Position numbers and translations under genes: made by a program | Notes under the pieces: generated by a model | What the model was told of the DNA's origin: nothing | Seen by the model: the letters and a program-made list of their open reading frames with translations, nothing else | Databases searched by the model: none | Source of the DNA: Patescibacteria group bacterium | GTDB lineage: Bacteria; Patescibacteriota; Patescibacteriia; Magasanikbacterales; UBA922 | DNA: 64,000 nucleotides | Reading direction: 5' to 3' | Assembly (NCBI GenBank): GCA_041658785.1 | Contig: JBAZZL010000002.1 | Coordinates: 1,714 to 65,713 of the forward strand | Shown: piece by piece, positions 27,872 to 36,764 of the stretch | Layout: each line of letters starts with the position of its first letter | How positions within the stretch are numbered: position 1 is the stretch's first letter

Positions 27872-28576
27872 TTATACGGAATTAAAATAACAATTGAGTA
27901 TAATAATATCTCCAAATACTTCATCCTGTCTCAACCCGACAACTTTCAGCTTCACAAGTTCTAACAATGCCAAAAAACCAACAATTACCTCTGTCCTATT
28001 TTGGCTGTTTTTTAGAACTTCGCCAAACAAAAAAGATTTTTTATTCTTTAATAGCCGTCGGATATAATCAACCTTCTCTTTCAACGAAATAGCTTTGTCT
28101 ATTTGCGTATACGGCAGCGCTTTCGGCGGCTTTAATCTGTTTAACAATTGTACCATACTTTCGCGCAAGGAATCTAGGCTAAGATTTATTGGCAAAACAA
28201 ATATTTCCACTTTTCTGGGGAGTTCAATTCTAAATACTCCACACCGGCTATTAAGCCACAATTTATTGACCTTTTTACTTGCTTCAACAAACGCCCGATA
28301 AAGCTTCAACTGCTCTTCCAGACTCTCTGTTTCTTCTTCCTCTGGCGCAAATTGCGGCAAAAGACGGCTTGATTTCAACAACAAAAGTTTAGCTGCCACC
28401 ACAAGAAAATCAGCCAGATCCTCAGGATTTTTCTTTTCCAACGAATCTAAATAATAAAGATATTGTTCAGTTACTTCGGAAATCGCGATCTCGCTGATAT
28501 CAAGCTTTTTTTCGCCAATTAGAGAAAGAAGCAAGTCATACGGCCCTTCAAATTGTTTAAGTTTGATAATTTTCAT
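27872..28576 (-). CDS. scpA: SMC-ScpAB complex subunit ScpA
   Basis: FEGPYDLLLSLI, LLLKSSRLLP, FLALLELVK. Confidence 0.93.
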   Translation of the reverse strand: MKIIKLKQFEGPYDLLLSLIGEKKLDISEIAISEVTEQYLYYLDSLEKKNPEDLADFLVVAAKLLLLKSSRLLPQFAPEEEETESLEEQLKLYRAFVEASKKVNKLWLNSRCGVFRIELPRKVEIFVLPINLSLDSLRESMVQLLNRLKPPKALPYTQIDKAISLKEKVDYIRRLLKNKKSFLFGEVLKNSQNRTEVIVGFLALLELVKLKVVGLRQDEVFGDIIILNCYFNSV

Positions 28577-30303
28577 AATTCCTTTGGTTGAAATACCGTG
28601 TAATTTTTGTTTTCAAACTTTTTATCAAAATATTCTTCGTTGAACAATTTTCTTGGGATATTGACAACCAATTCTTTGAGCTGATAAGGAAAATCGTCTA
28701 AATGAAAGTATATCGGATAATAATCAGGATCTCCAGTATAAAAAATAAATAAATCAATCGCTCCAAATGGAGTCTTTTTTGTTGCCCAATAAAATTCGTC
28801 AGGGCTATTTATCAGCGCCAAAGATTTGATATAAGCCAAGCGCTCTGAAAATTGCGCGGCCGGGTGAGAATTGTGCTGGTTAAAATAAATAAAATCATTA
28901 AGCGGTAAAAAAGCGTGCAAAGGAGTCAGGCTGGAATGCAGGGTAATTTTTTTGTAAATATCAGCGTAATTATTCTCTAAAAATCCAATTAGCTCCTCCA
29001 TCTTCGGCTCTAAAGCGCGGGCGTGTTCTCTGGTTTTCAAAACTTTTGTTTGGTCAGCAAAAGTACCAAAAATCAGCTGGGTTGAAAGAAAAATCAAACC
29101 AACAATTGCAACGCTTTGCTGCCACGCTGCCTGGGGATAACGTTTTTTAAGATATCCCCACAATCTTTCAATTCCATAAGCCAAAGCAAGCGCTAAAATT
29201 GCTCTGTTGAAAAAATAAAAACCTTTTGACTCTTGCAAAGGCGAGGCTAAAAATAAAATGGTAAAAAGACCCATCAACTGCCACAAATAAGAAGCGGCAA
29301 ACAAACTCAAGAGTCCGCGGATATATAAATGCTGGCGCCAAATAATCAGCGCCGCGAAACCAACCATCATCAGCAACCCTCGCAAACTCAAATCAAACAA
29401 CGGTCCGGTTGTCGCGATCCATTCGGTCACAAAAAATCCCAATTGCCAATTTTCCGACCCGCGCTCAATATAAACTCTGATTAGAGGCGCCCAATAAAAA
29501 GCGCCGACAACTAAAACTACAATGCCCGTAGCCAGTAAAGAAAAATATTTTTTATATTCAATCTTTTTGCCTGCAAATAAATTGAAGAGGGCAATGCCGA
29601 TGGCGGCGAGAAAAAACCAAAAATAAAAAAGCAGAAACAATATCCCGCCTGTTATCCCAAAAACAATCACCCTCATTCCCTTCAGTTTATTTTGATGCAG
29701 CTGATAAATTAACAAAACGGTCCAAAGTACAACCAGCGAAGCGCTGACCAATTCATATGGTTTGATAATAACAGCATCCCAATCAATAAAGACAAATAAA
29801 AAAATGGCTGATAAAAACCACGCCAGCGCTCCTGGAGCTTCCTTGGCTCTGTCCGCCATCTGATTCTTCAGCCAAAACCGCTTTTGAATTAAAAAAAATA
29901 AAACCGGATAAAAAACAATAGCGCCAACAGCTCCAATTTTTGCTATCTGAATGCCGTTATAATTCAAAAACTTTCCTATTAAGCCAAAAATCCAAAACCA
30001 AAGCGGAGGATAAAACGGCGGCAGAGACGCGTAAGCAAAATCAGACAAGAGGCTGCCATGGGCAAACATTTCATACATCGCGGCAATAGTAATTTCATCC
30101 GCTTCCAACCCCCAAAACATCAGCTTCATCTGATGAACCAAAAAAAAATAAGCCAACCCGGAAGAAATCCCAATTAAAAACAAAAAATAACCAAATCTCC
30201 ATTTTTGATAAATGGCAACGAGCCCTAGCGCGATAAAAAGAAAAAAAAACAGCTTCACTGCGATAATGTGTTGTAAATCATTGTATGATAACAAAACATC
30301 CAT
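28573..30303 (-). CDS. AftA-like GT-C arabinofuranosyltransferase
   Basis: DFAYASLPPFYPPLWFW, KPYE, and C-terminal HNSHPAAQFSERL resemble actinobacterial AftA; many TM helices. Confidence 0.72.
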   Translation of the reverse strand: MDVLLSYNDLQHIIAVKLFFFLFIALGLVAIYQKWRFGYFLFLIGISSGLAYFFLVHQMKLMFWGLEADEITIAAMYEMFAHGSLLSDFAYASLPPFYPPLWFWIFGLIGKFLNYNGIQIAKIGAVGAIVFYPVLFFLIQKRFWLKNQMADRAKEAPGALAWFLSAIFLFVFIDWDAVIIKPYELVSASLVVLWTVLLIYQLHQNKLKGMRVIVFGITGGILFLLFYFWFFLAAIGIALFNLFAGKKIEYKKYFSLLATGIVVLVVGAFYWAPLIRVYIERGSENWQLGFFVTEWIATTGPLFDLSLRGLLMMVGFAALIIWRQHLYIRGLLSLFAASYLWQLMGLFTILFLASPLQESKGFYFFNRAILALALAYGIERLWGYLKKRYPQAAWQQSVAIVGLIFLSTQLIFGTFADQTKVLKTREHARALEPKMEELIGFLENNYADIYKKITLHSSLTPLHAFLPLNDFIYFNQHNSHPAAQFSERLAYIKSLALINSPDEFYWATKKTPFGAIDLFIFYTGDPDYYPIYFHLDDFPYQLKELVVNIPRKLFNEEYFDKKFENKNYTVFQPKEL

Positions 30304-30397
30304 AATGAATAAAAAAGTAATTGGTAAATGGTAAATAGTAATTATCTTTACATTTTCAAACACCAATTATCAATTACCATTTATTAATTACTGTGAA

Positions 30398-30703
30398 TTA
30401 CTTTTTCACAAATCGCATCTTCTCCTGCTTTGACGCCAAAATCTCTCTCGCCCTCTCCCTTCCCTTTCTCGTCAATTTTACATCCGTAACAAACCACTTA
30501 TGCGGCGTGCGCCGGCCGTAGCCAATTAGTAATTCTTTGTTTATCAATCGCTCCAAACTATTGGTAATAATCCCCTCTTCGTACTTGGCAACCGCGCCGC
30601 TCTCTCGCTTTTCATAAAACTCCCGGAAAATCTTTCGGTCAATCTTTCCCCCTTTTTCAAAACAGCGAAGGATGATGTGTTTTTGGAGAGAGCTTAAATA
30701 CAT
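30398..30703 (-). CDS. Small basic winged-helix-like hypothetical protein
   Basis: SLERLINKELL...VKLTRKG pattern. Confidence 0.6.
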   Translation of the reverse strand: MYLSSLQKHIILRCFEKGGKIDRKIFREFYEKRESGAVAKYEEGIITNSLERLINKELLIGYGRRTPHKWFVTDVKLTRKGRERAREILASKQEKMRFVKK

Positions 30704-30871
30704 ATCTTATCAATTCACCTAATTCATCTAATTGTCTAATTCACCTAATAAAAATTCCAATTTCCAATTTAAAAAATATTAACGTAGAGCAACTGGAATG
30801 TTTGGCATTATCTTATTTGAAATTTTATTAGGTGGATTAGGTGAATTAGACAATTAGGTGAATTTTCAGAC

Positions 30872-32644
30872 TTACTTTTTCTCTGTGATCCTTATTCCCA
30901 ACTCCTCCAACTGTTTCTTATCAACTTCCCCCGGCGCGCCAGTCATCACCTCTTCCGCCTGCTGATTCTTCGGAAACGGCACCACCGCGCGGATGTTTCT
31001 TTCGTTCAATAAAACCATGGCCAGCCGCTCAATACCAGGAGCAAATCCACAGTGCGGCGGAGCGCCGTATTCAAACGCGTCAATCATGTGGCCGAACTTT
31101 TTATCAACTTGCTCTTTGGAATAACCGGCAATGGCAAACGCCTTATACATTATTTCCGGATCTTTATTTCTAACCGCGCCGGAGGATAATTCAAAACCAT
31201 TGGCAATAATATCGTACTGCTCCGCGATAATTTTTAACGGATCTTCTTTTTGGAGCGTCTCAAGTCCTCCCCGCGGCTGGGAAAACGGATTATGCCCGAA
31301 GTCAATCTTTTTAAACTCTTCATTGTACTCGTACATGGGAAAATCCACAATCCACGCCCAGGCAATCATGTTCGGATCTTTTAAATTCATTTTCTCTCCC
31401 ACCAATTCTCGCACCGCCCCCAGCGCTTTACAACTCACTTCCCATTTATCAGCAACAAAAAACAAAATATAATTCTGTTTAATTTTGTTTAATTTTGTCA
31501 AATTCTTTAATTCTTTCAAATGCTCTTCACTAACAAATTTAGAAATCCCGCCATCTAACTTCCCATCAATAACTTTAAACCACGCCAACCCCTTGGCATG
31601 CGCGCGAACAGCCGCGTCCAAAAATTCGCCGTCCAATTCGCTCCGGTTGAAACTTTCGCCGCCGGGAACAATCAAACAACGAACGTATTCGGCATTTTGG
31701 AAGACCTTAAAATCCGTCCGCTTAGCCCACGCGGTAACATCGGTTAATTTTAAATCAAACCTCAAGTCCGGCCGGTCGCTCCCGTAGGTTTCCAAACATT
31801 CTCTGAACGGAATGCGGGGAAACGGCTTTTGCAAAACTTTTTTGCCCGCCACTTCCTCGGTGAGGCCGATAAACAATGGCTCCATTTCCTGAAAAAATTC
31901 TTCCGGCGTCAGAAAACTCGTCTCCACGTCCAATTGATAAAATTCACCGGGAGAACGATCGGCCCGCGCGTCTTCGTCGCGCATGCAGGGAGCAATCTGG
32001 TAGTATTTATCAAAACCCGCGACCATCAATAATTGTTTATACTGTTGCGGCGCCTGAGGCAAAGCGTAAAACTTGCCCGGGTGGATCCGGCTCGGCACCA
32101 GATAATCCCGCGCACCCTCGGGCGATGAAACCGTCAGAATCGGCGTGGCAATATGCGTAAACCCGCGCCCATCCATATAGTCGCGGATGTACTTCTCCAT
32201 CTTCGCCCGGAATAAAATATTATTTTTCAACTGCTCCCGCCGCAATTCCAAATAACGGTATTTCAATCGCAACTCTTCATCCTCTTCTCCCTTGCGCGCG
32301 TCAAAAATTTCAAACGGCAATGTTTTCGCCCGGCTCAAAATTTCCACCGCGCTCGCCGCTAACTCAATCTCGCCCGTGGCTAATTCCTTGTTTACCGTCT
32401 TCGCCTCGCGTTTTACCACTTCACCCGTAACTTTGATAACATACTCGTATTTTAACTCTTCGGCCGCGGCGTAATTTCCGGTCTTCTCCGGACTAAAAAC
32501 CACCTGCGTAATCCCATACCGGTCCCGTAAATCAACAAAAATCAAGCCGCCAAACTTGCGCCTCTTATGCACCCAGCCGGACAAGGTTACTTTTTTCCCG
32601 GCGTGTTTTTTAGTTAATTCTCCGCAGGTGTGAGTTCTATACAT
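30872..32644 (-). CDS. aspS: Aspartate--tRNA ligase
   Basis: MYRTHTCGEL, DLRDRYG, PEGARDYLVP, ALPQAPQ, GAPPHCGFAPG. Confidence 0.98.
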   Translation of the reverse strand: MYRTHTCGELTKKHAGKKVTLSGWVHKRRKFGGLIFVDLRDRYGITQVVFSPEKTGNYAAAEELKYEYVIKVTGEVVKREAKTVNKELATGEIELAASAVEILSRAKTLPFEIFDARKGEEDEELRLKYRYLELRREQLKNNILFRAKMEKYIRDYMDGRGFTHIATPILTVSSPEGARDYLVPSRIHPGKFYALPQAPQQYKQLLMVAGFDKYYQIAPCMRDEDARADRSPGEFYQLDVETSFLTPEEFFQEMEPLFIGLTEEVAGKKVLQKPFPRIPFRECLETYGSDRPDLRFDLKLTDVTAWAKRTDFKVFQNAEYVRCLIVPGGESFNRSELDGEFLDAAVRAHAKGLAWFKVIDGKLDGGISKFVSEEHLKELKNLTKLNKIKQNYILFFVADKWEVSCKALGAVRELVGEKMNLKDPNMIAWAWIVDFPMYEYNEEFKKIDFGHNPFSQPRGGLETLQKEDPLKIIAEQYDIIANGFELSSGAVRNKDPEIMYKAFAIAGYSKEQVDKKFGHMIDAFEYGAPPHCGFAPGIERLAMVLLNERNIRAVVPFPKNQQAEEVMTGAPGEVDKKQLEELGIRITEKK

Positions 32645-32653
32645 AGCCGCCTA

Positions 32654-32682
32654 TTGACAAGATTAAATTTAAATTATACAAT
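32654..32682 (+). promoter_or_regulatory. Consensus sigma70 promoter with no downstream ORF
   Basis: TTGACA (32654-59), 17-bp spacer, TACAAT (32677-82). Confidence 0.75.
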
Positions 32683-32688
32683 ACAGTT

Positions 32689-32762
32689 GGAATTGACACT
32701 GCCTCAAATAGTCCCGTTCATCGGGTGCGTCCTCCTAGAGAGGTAAGAGGCAGTGTTTTTTA
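32689..32762 (+). ncRNA. Candidate DUF3800-associated structured small RNA
   Basis: 11-bp closing stem GACACTGCCTC/GAGGCAGTGTT enclosing hairpins CCCG-ttcat-CGGG and CCTC-ctaga-GAGG, then a U-tract; has its own promoter; abuts the DUF3800 stop. Confidence 0.7.
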
Positions 32763-33389
32763 TTTCGGCCAAATTTGTACCCAAATTTCTTTAGGAGAAA
32801 TATATTGATAATACAAACTCCAATCTTTCTTATTCTGAACTTTCCTGTTGATAATGCCGGAAACATAATCAGCTACTTGCAGTAAACTGTTAGCGGAGGA
32901 ACGCTGTTGTTTAAATTTCTTTATCGGCCTCTTATCTCTATTATTTAACTTTGATCTTAGATATTTTCCCAAACTTTTCCGGAAATCCGGCGAGCCGGAT
33001 CTGTCCAGCACCACGATTGCGTTGTCCAAATAAGGCAGAGCATTAGTAAAAGTCATCTGGCACGCATATTTGTAAAAAGATTCTTTGACGGAAAAACCCG
33101 GGCCGTACAGCTTGCTAGGATCTTTGTTTATCACGACGGAAAAATAAGTAAAATGATACGGTCGTATCGCTTGCAAAAAAGCTTGGCGCACCCGCCTGGA
33201 ATTATGCGTGAAATGAAATTCAAAATTTGCCGGATAACCAAGTTCTTTTCTCAATAACGCGACGCGCTTGTCGCAATCGCCGGCGATCTCATTATCCTGA
33301 AATAATATCATTGAAATTATAAAAAACTGACTTGAGCCCTCACCGACCTTTCGGCCAGTATCACCTGACTCATCGATAAATACGAGCAT
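32760..33389 (-). CDS. DUF3800 family protein (RNase H-like fold)
   Basis: N-terminal FIDESG, EFHF, C-terminal LLQVADYVSG. Confidence 0.9.
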   Translation of the reverse strand: MLVFIDESGDTGRKVGEGSSQFFIISMILFQDNEIAGDCDKRVALLRKELGYPANFEFHFTHNSRRVRQAFLQAIRPYHFTYFSVVINKDPSKLYGPGFSVKESFYKYACQMTFTNALPYLDNAIVVLDRSGSPDFRKSLGKYLRSKLNNRDKRPIKKFKQQRSSANSLLQVADYVSGIINRKVQNKKDWSLYYQYISPKEIWVQIWPK

Positions 33390-33534
33390 AGTTTTACTTC
33401 AAAATCGCCCTATTATTGTACCAATTCTCGGCTCTTTACGCAAGTTATCAACAGATAGGTTGTTTTTTTTTGCGGGGTGGTAGAATACACTGAAAGCGCC
33501 ATTCGCTTTGTATTAACAATTTAATGATAGTTTT

Positions 33535-34275
33535 ATGTCACCAGGAGAACATCAAGGTTATAGACCACCCGACGCAGATAAACCTATCACAAATGATGGA
33601 GTAGAAACGCTAAAACGACAACGGGAAAAAACGGCAGCCGCCTTAGCCGAAGCGGAGAAGGAGGAAGAAGAAGAGGCAAGAATAGATCTCGTAGGTGATT
33701 TAATAAATGAAATAGAAATAATAGATGATGAACTAAGAAAAAAATATTGGTCGTCGCAAAAGGCAACCGAAAATGAAACCGTCGGTAGCGAGGTTCAGAC
33801 ACGAATCGCCGGAATAGCCGAGAGATTATTGCCAGAATATGAAGAGATGTTAAGAAGAAATGGCGGACAATACCACTATAGTGATGAACATGTCAATAAA
33901 GAAGGACAAGTCGTCCGCGAAACAAGAATTATCTCTGACCATGAAGAAGTCGTAAAAAGAGCGTTAATCAAACTTGATAAAATCTGTAAAGGTGAACCCT
34001 ACTGTAAAGGAATTCCCGCGGTTGAAGTTGGAGAAAGAAGTGGATATGTTGGGGAAAATAAAACCGAGTTGCGACAATTATCCGATGACTTATTTTTGTA
34101 TACGGACTCTCGACTTATGAATAATGAAACAGGTGTATTTGACCCTGAAGTGCATCTGGTGAATTCGCAGGAAGCGCGAGAACTGCATGAGTCCTTTGGT
34201 GAAAAATCACGACTCAAAATTGCAGAATTAGAAAATCAAATGAAGGCAGGACAAACAATGTTGAACAAATTGTAA
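33535..34275 (+). CDS. Hypothetical acidic protein
   Basis: 246-aa ORF with a coiled-coil-like N-terminus; terminator-like hairpin at ~34306-34340. Confidence 0.65.
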   Translation: MSPGEHQGYRPPDADKPITNDGVETLKRQREKTAAALAEAEKEEEEEARIDLVGDLINEIEIIDDELRKKYWSSQKATENETVGSEVQTRIAGIAERLLPEYEEMLRRNGGQYHYSDEHVNKEGQVVRETRIISDHEEVVKRALIKLDKICKGEPYCKGIPAVEVGERSGYVGENKTELRQLSDDLFLYTDSRLMNNETGVFDPEVHLVNSQEARELHESFGEKSRLKIAELENQMKAGQTMLNKL

Positions 34276-34390
34276 AAATAGCACGAATCAAAATCATGTA
34301 TCAATCGCCGCCCTTTATCATTCAGGGCGGTTTTTTATTTTCACCTCCCCAGCCCCGCCGCGTTGTTGCGGTCTGGTTGCTCCCCTCTTC

Positions 34391-34604
34391 GGTGGTAATC
34401 CGACAACTCTATCCCTGTCCCTTTCCCTTATGAAGGGAAAGGGAACCCATTAAGCGGGTTCAACTAAAATTCAATCATTAGGTCATTTCCCTTTAGAAGA
34501 GAAAGCGCGGCCTAACGATTGAATTAAGAACAAACCCTCTTAACGAGTCCTCCTTCCCTTCATAAGGGAAGGAGACAGAGGATGAGTTGTCGGGCTACCG
34601 CCAG
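34391..34604. mobile_element. ~215-bp MITE/REP-like element (copy 2)
   Basis: Direct-orientation near-duplicate of 5468-5681, lying between convergent genes. Confidence 0.8.
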
Positions 34605-34702
34605 AGAAAGGCAGAGGATAGATTATTGGGCTACCGCGAAGAAAATTTAAACCGCATTCGTTCAGTTTTCAACCTATCAACACCCCATCCCCCTTATCCA
34701 CA

Positions 34703-35752
34703 TCACCCCACCCTTTGAACTTTCGCCACAAAAAACCCTTTCATCTCCCTATCCGGCATTATTCTCAATGCCTTTTTTATTACTTCGTCATGAACGCGCC
34801 GTCCGCGCCACTCCTTCACCATCGGCGCCCGATTAATATTCAAGTTCCCAATATCCAATATCTCGCAATCACTATTTCTCTCTAACAATCGTGTTATCTG
34901 CAACTCATTCTCCTCCGGCGCGAAGGTGCAGGTGGAATAAACCAAAACGCCGCCGGGCTTTAACGCGCCCCAGGCGGAAAATAACAATTGCCTTTGTTTG
35001 TAGGCCATTTCTTTAATTTTTCTCTCTTTCCAATATCCAAACGTTTTCGGATCGTCCGTGATAAACCGCGCTTCGGCGCTGCACGGCGCGTCCAGTAAAA
35101 TTTTATCAAAATACCCCGGATACTCGCGGCACAACGCCGCCCCGTGTTCCATACGCAAAGAAAACACCCAGCTCGAATCGTCTCCCTCTCCTTTTAGGAA
35201 AGGGCTGAGGTGAGGTGTCGGACTACCTCCGTCCAGCGGATGAGATGCCGTCGCCACTCCCAGCGCCTCCATATTATGCTTCAACTTAAAAAACCTCGGC
35301 TTATTATTATCGTTCGCCACCAACTCCCCTTGGCAACCCATCAAAGCGGCAATCTGCGAGGTCTTGCTCCCGGGCGCGGCGGTCAGGTCCAATACTTTTT
35401 CTCCCGGCGTTGGATCAAGGACGAGCGGTGGCGCCATGCTCGCTAAACTCTGGATATAGATTTTTCCGTTTGAGTACAAATCTGACTCGCCCAACTCCCG
35501 TTTAGTTTTATTCTGCAAAATAAACGCGTCCCGATACCACGGCACGTTTTTTATTTTAAACCCTTCTCTTTGCAAACTTTCTAAAACTTCTTCTCTTTTC
35601 GCTTTAATCGTATTGACCCGAAAAGTGGTGGGGCGTTCAATAAAAGTTTTGTTGATCTCCAAAAATAAACCAGGCCCAAAAATTTCTTTGAGCCTGTTTT
35701 GAAATACTTCTGGAATGGTTTTTTGACTATTCCCTTTTTGCTTTCTGCTCAC
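34703..35752 (-). CDS. RsmB/RsmF (NOL1/NOP2) RNA m5C methyltransferase
   Basis: LDLTAAPGSKT, DKILLDAPCS, YSTCTFAPEENE, GFFVAK. Confidence 0.92.
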   Translation of the reverse strand: MSRKQKGNSQKTIPEVFQNRLKEIFGPGLFLEINKTFIERPTTFRVNTIKAKREEVLESLQREGFKIKNVPWYRDAFILQNKTKRELGESDLYSNGKIYIQSLASMAPPLVLDPTPGEKVLDLTAAPGSKTSQIAALMGCQGELVANDNNKPRFFKLKHNMEALGVATASHPLDGGSPTPHLSPFLKGEGDDSSWVFSLRMEHGAALCREYPGYFDKILLDAPCSAEARFITDDPKTFGYWKERKIKEMAYKQRQLLFSAWGALKPGGVLVYSTCTFAPEENELQITRLLERNSDCEILDIGNLNINRAPMVKEWRGRRVHDEVIKKALRIMPDREMKGFFVAKVQRVG

Positions 35753-35758
35753 AACTTT

Positions 35759-36028
35759 TTATTTGTATAACTGGCTGTGCGTTCCGATTTCCACAAATTC
35801 CACCCATTCAATTTCCCCGCCTTCAAGTTCGCGATACAATGCCCGCCAATTCGCTGTAACATCTATACTTCTGAATCCCTCCCATTTTCCTTTAAGCGCG
35901 TGATTGCGAAGCGAACGATTAAATTGATCATGACGAAAAATCTCCACACTCCTTTCTAAAGCAAACTGTATCTTCTCCGGGGCTTTATAGAAATGTTTCA
36001 AAAATATTTTTGAATAAGTTATTTTCAT
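35759..36028 (-). CDS. RelE/YafQ-family toxin
   Basis: LRNHALKGKWEGFRSIDV, IGTHSQLY. Confidence 0.88.
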   Translation of the reverse strand: MKITYSKIFLKHFYKAPEKIQFALERSVEIFRHDQFNRSLRNHALKGKWEGFRSIDVTANWRALYRELEGGEIEWVEFVEIGTHSQLYK

Positions 36029-36330
36029 ACCTTAACTTTTCCGGTCCTCACATCTTCCAAAAACTTAACCGCCTTATCCGAATCTTCAAATGTGTAATAA
36101 TCGCCGCGTTTCCTTGCTTCATCCGCTTCTTTTAGCGAAGCAACTAAATAATCGCTTGGCTCAAGTTCCTCCTCGTCCACGGCGCTAAAATAAACGCTTT
36201 TTGTGTTTAAAAAATGATGCAGATAAGCATTCAACAAACTGCTCAAACTCAACCCGATTTGTTCGGCGAGTTTCGCGGCTTTTTCTTTCACCTCCGGTTT
36301 GGTTTTGAAATTAATTTGGGCTGAACGCAT
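36025..36330 (-). CDS. RelB/DinJ-family antitoxin
   Basis: INFKTKPEVKEKAAKLAEQIGLSLSSLLNAYL RHH pattern; 4-nt overlap with the toxin gene. Confidence 0.85.
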   Translation of the reverse strand: MRSAQINFKTKPEVKEKAAKLAEQIGLSLSSLLNAYLHHFLNTKSVYFSAVDEEELEPSDYLVASLKEADEARKRGDYYTFEDSDKAVKFLEDVRTGKVKV

Positions 36331-36354
36331 ATTATTATATAAAAAGTATAGAAT

Positions 36355-36393
36355 AAGTGTATATTTACTATACACTTTATCTATAATTTTGTC
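36355..36393 (-). promoter_or_regulatory. TA promoter with palindromic operator
   Basis: TTGACA-17-TATAGT on the minus strand, overlapped by the inverted repeat AAGTGTATA-tttac-TATACACTT. Confidence 0.7.
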
Positions 36394-36407
36394 AAGAGAC
36401 CGCTGGT

Positions 36408-36584
36408 TCAATCCACGCCATACTTATCATCCGCTTTTTGAAGCGTGATCATCCTTTTACCGGAACGCAAAATCAAGCGCGCCATTTTCACTCGCTTCTT
36501 TAATTCTTTGCTTCGCGATGCGCATTGATCTTCCAAAATTTCTTCAAATTCTTTTTTTAAAAAATCGGCTTGCCTCTTATCCAT
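36408..36584 (-). CDS. Small hypothetical protein (58 aa, below the ORF-track cutoff)
   Basis: Hand translation gives MDKRQADFLKKEFEEILEDQ...KADDKYGVD*. Confidence 0.4.
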   Translation of the reverse strand: MDKRQADFLKKEFEEILEDQCASRSKELKKRVKMARLILRSGKRMITLQKADDKYGVD

Positions 36585-36730
36585 AAAGCATTCGCGTTTA
36601 GTTCTTTATTTTTATGTGGATTAGCGAATTGAGCCCGGCCGGGCGAAATTCGCGCCGGAGCACCGCCAGCGCGAAATTCGTCTGCGGACTCATTTCGCTA
36701 CTCCATCGGATCTGCCGCGGATTTTTTATT

Positions 36731-36764
36731 TTTCGTAATTTCGTACTCTTTCGTATTTCGTATC
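36731..36764 (-). repeat. Solo copy of the GxxExxY cassette 34-bp end
   Basis: 33/34 identity to 14912-14945; starts immediately after the asnS stop. Confidence 0.85.

Noticed and set aside
30304-30366. Longer N-terminus of the AftA-like ORF
   Set aside because: It runs through an inverted heptamer repeat; ATG 30303 is more plausible
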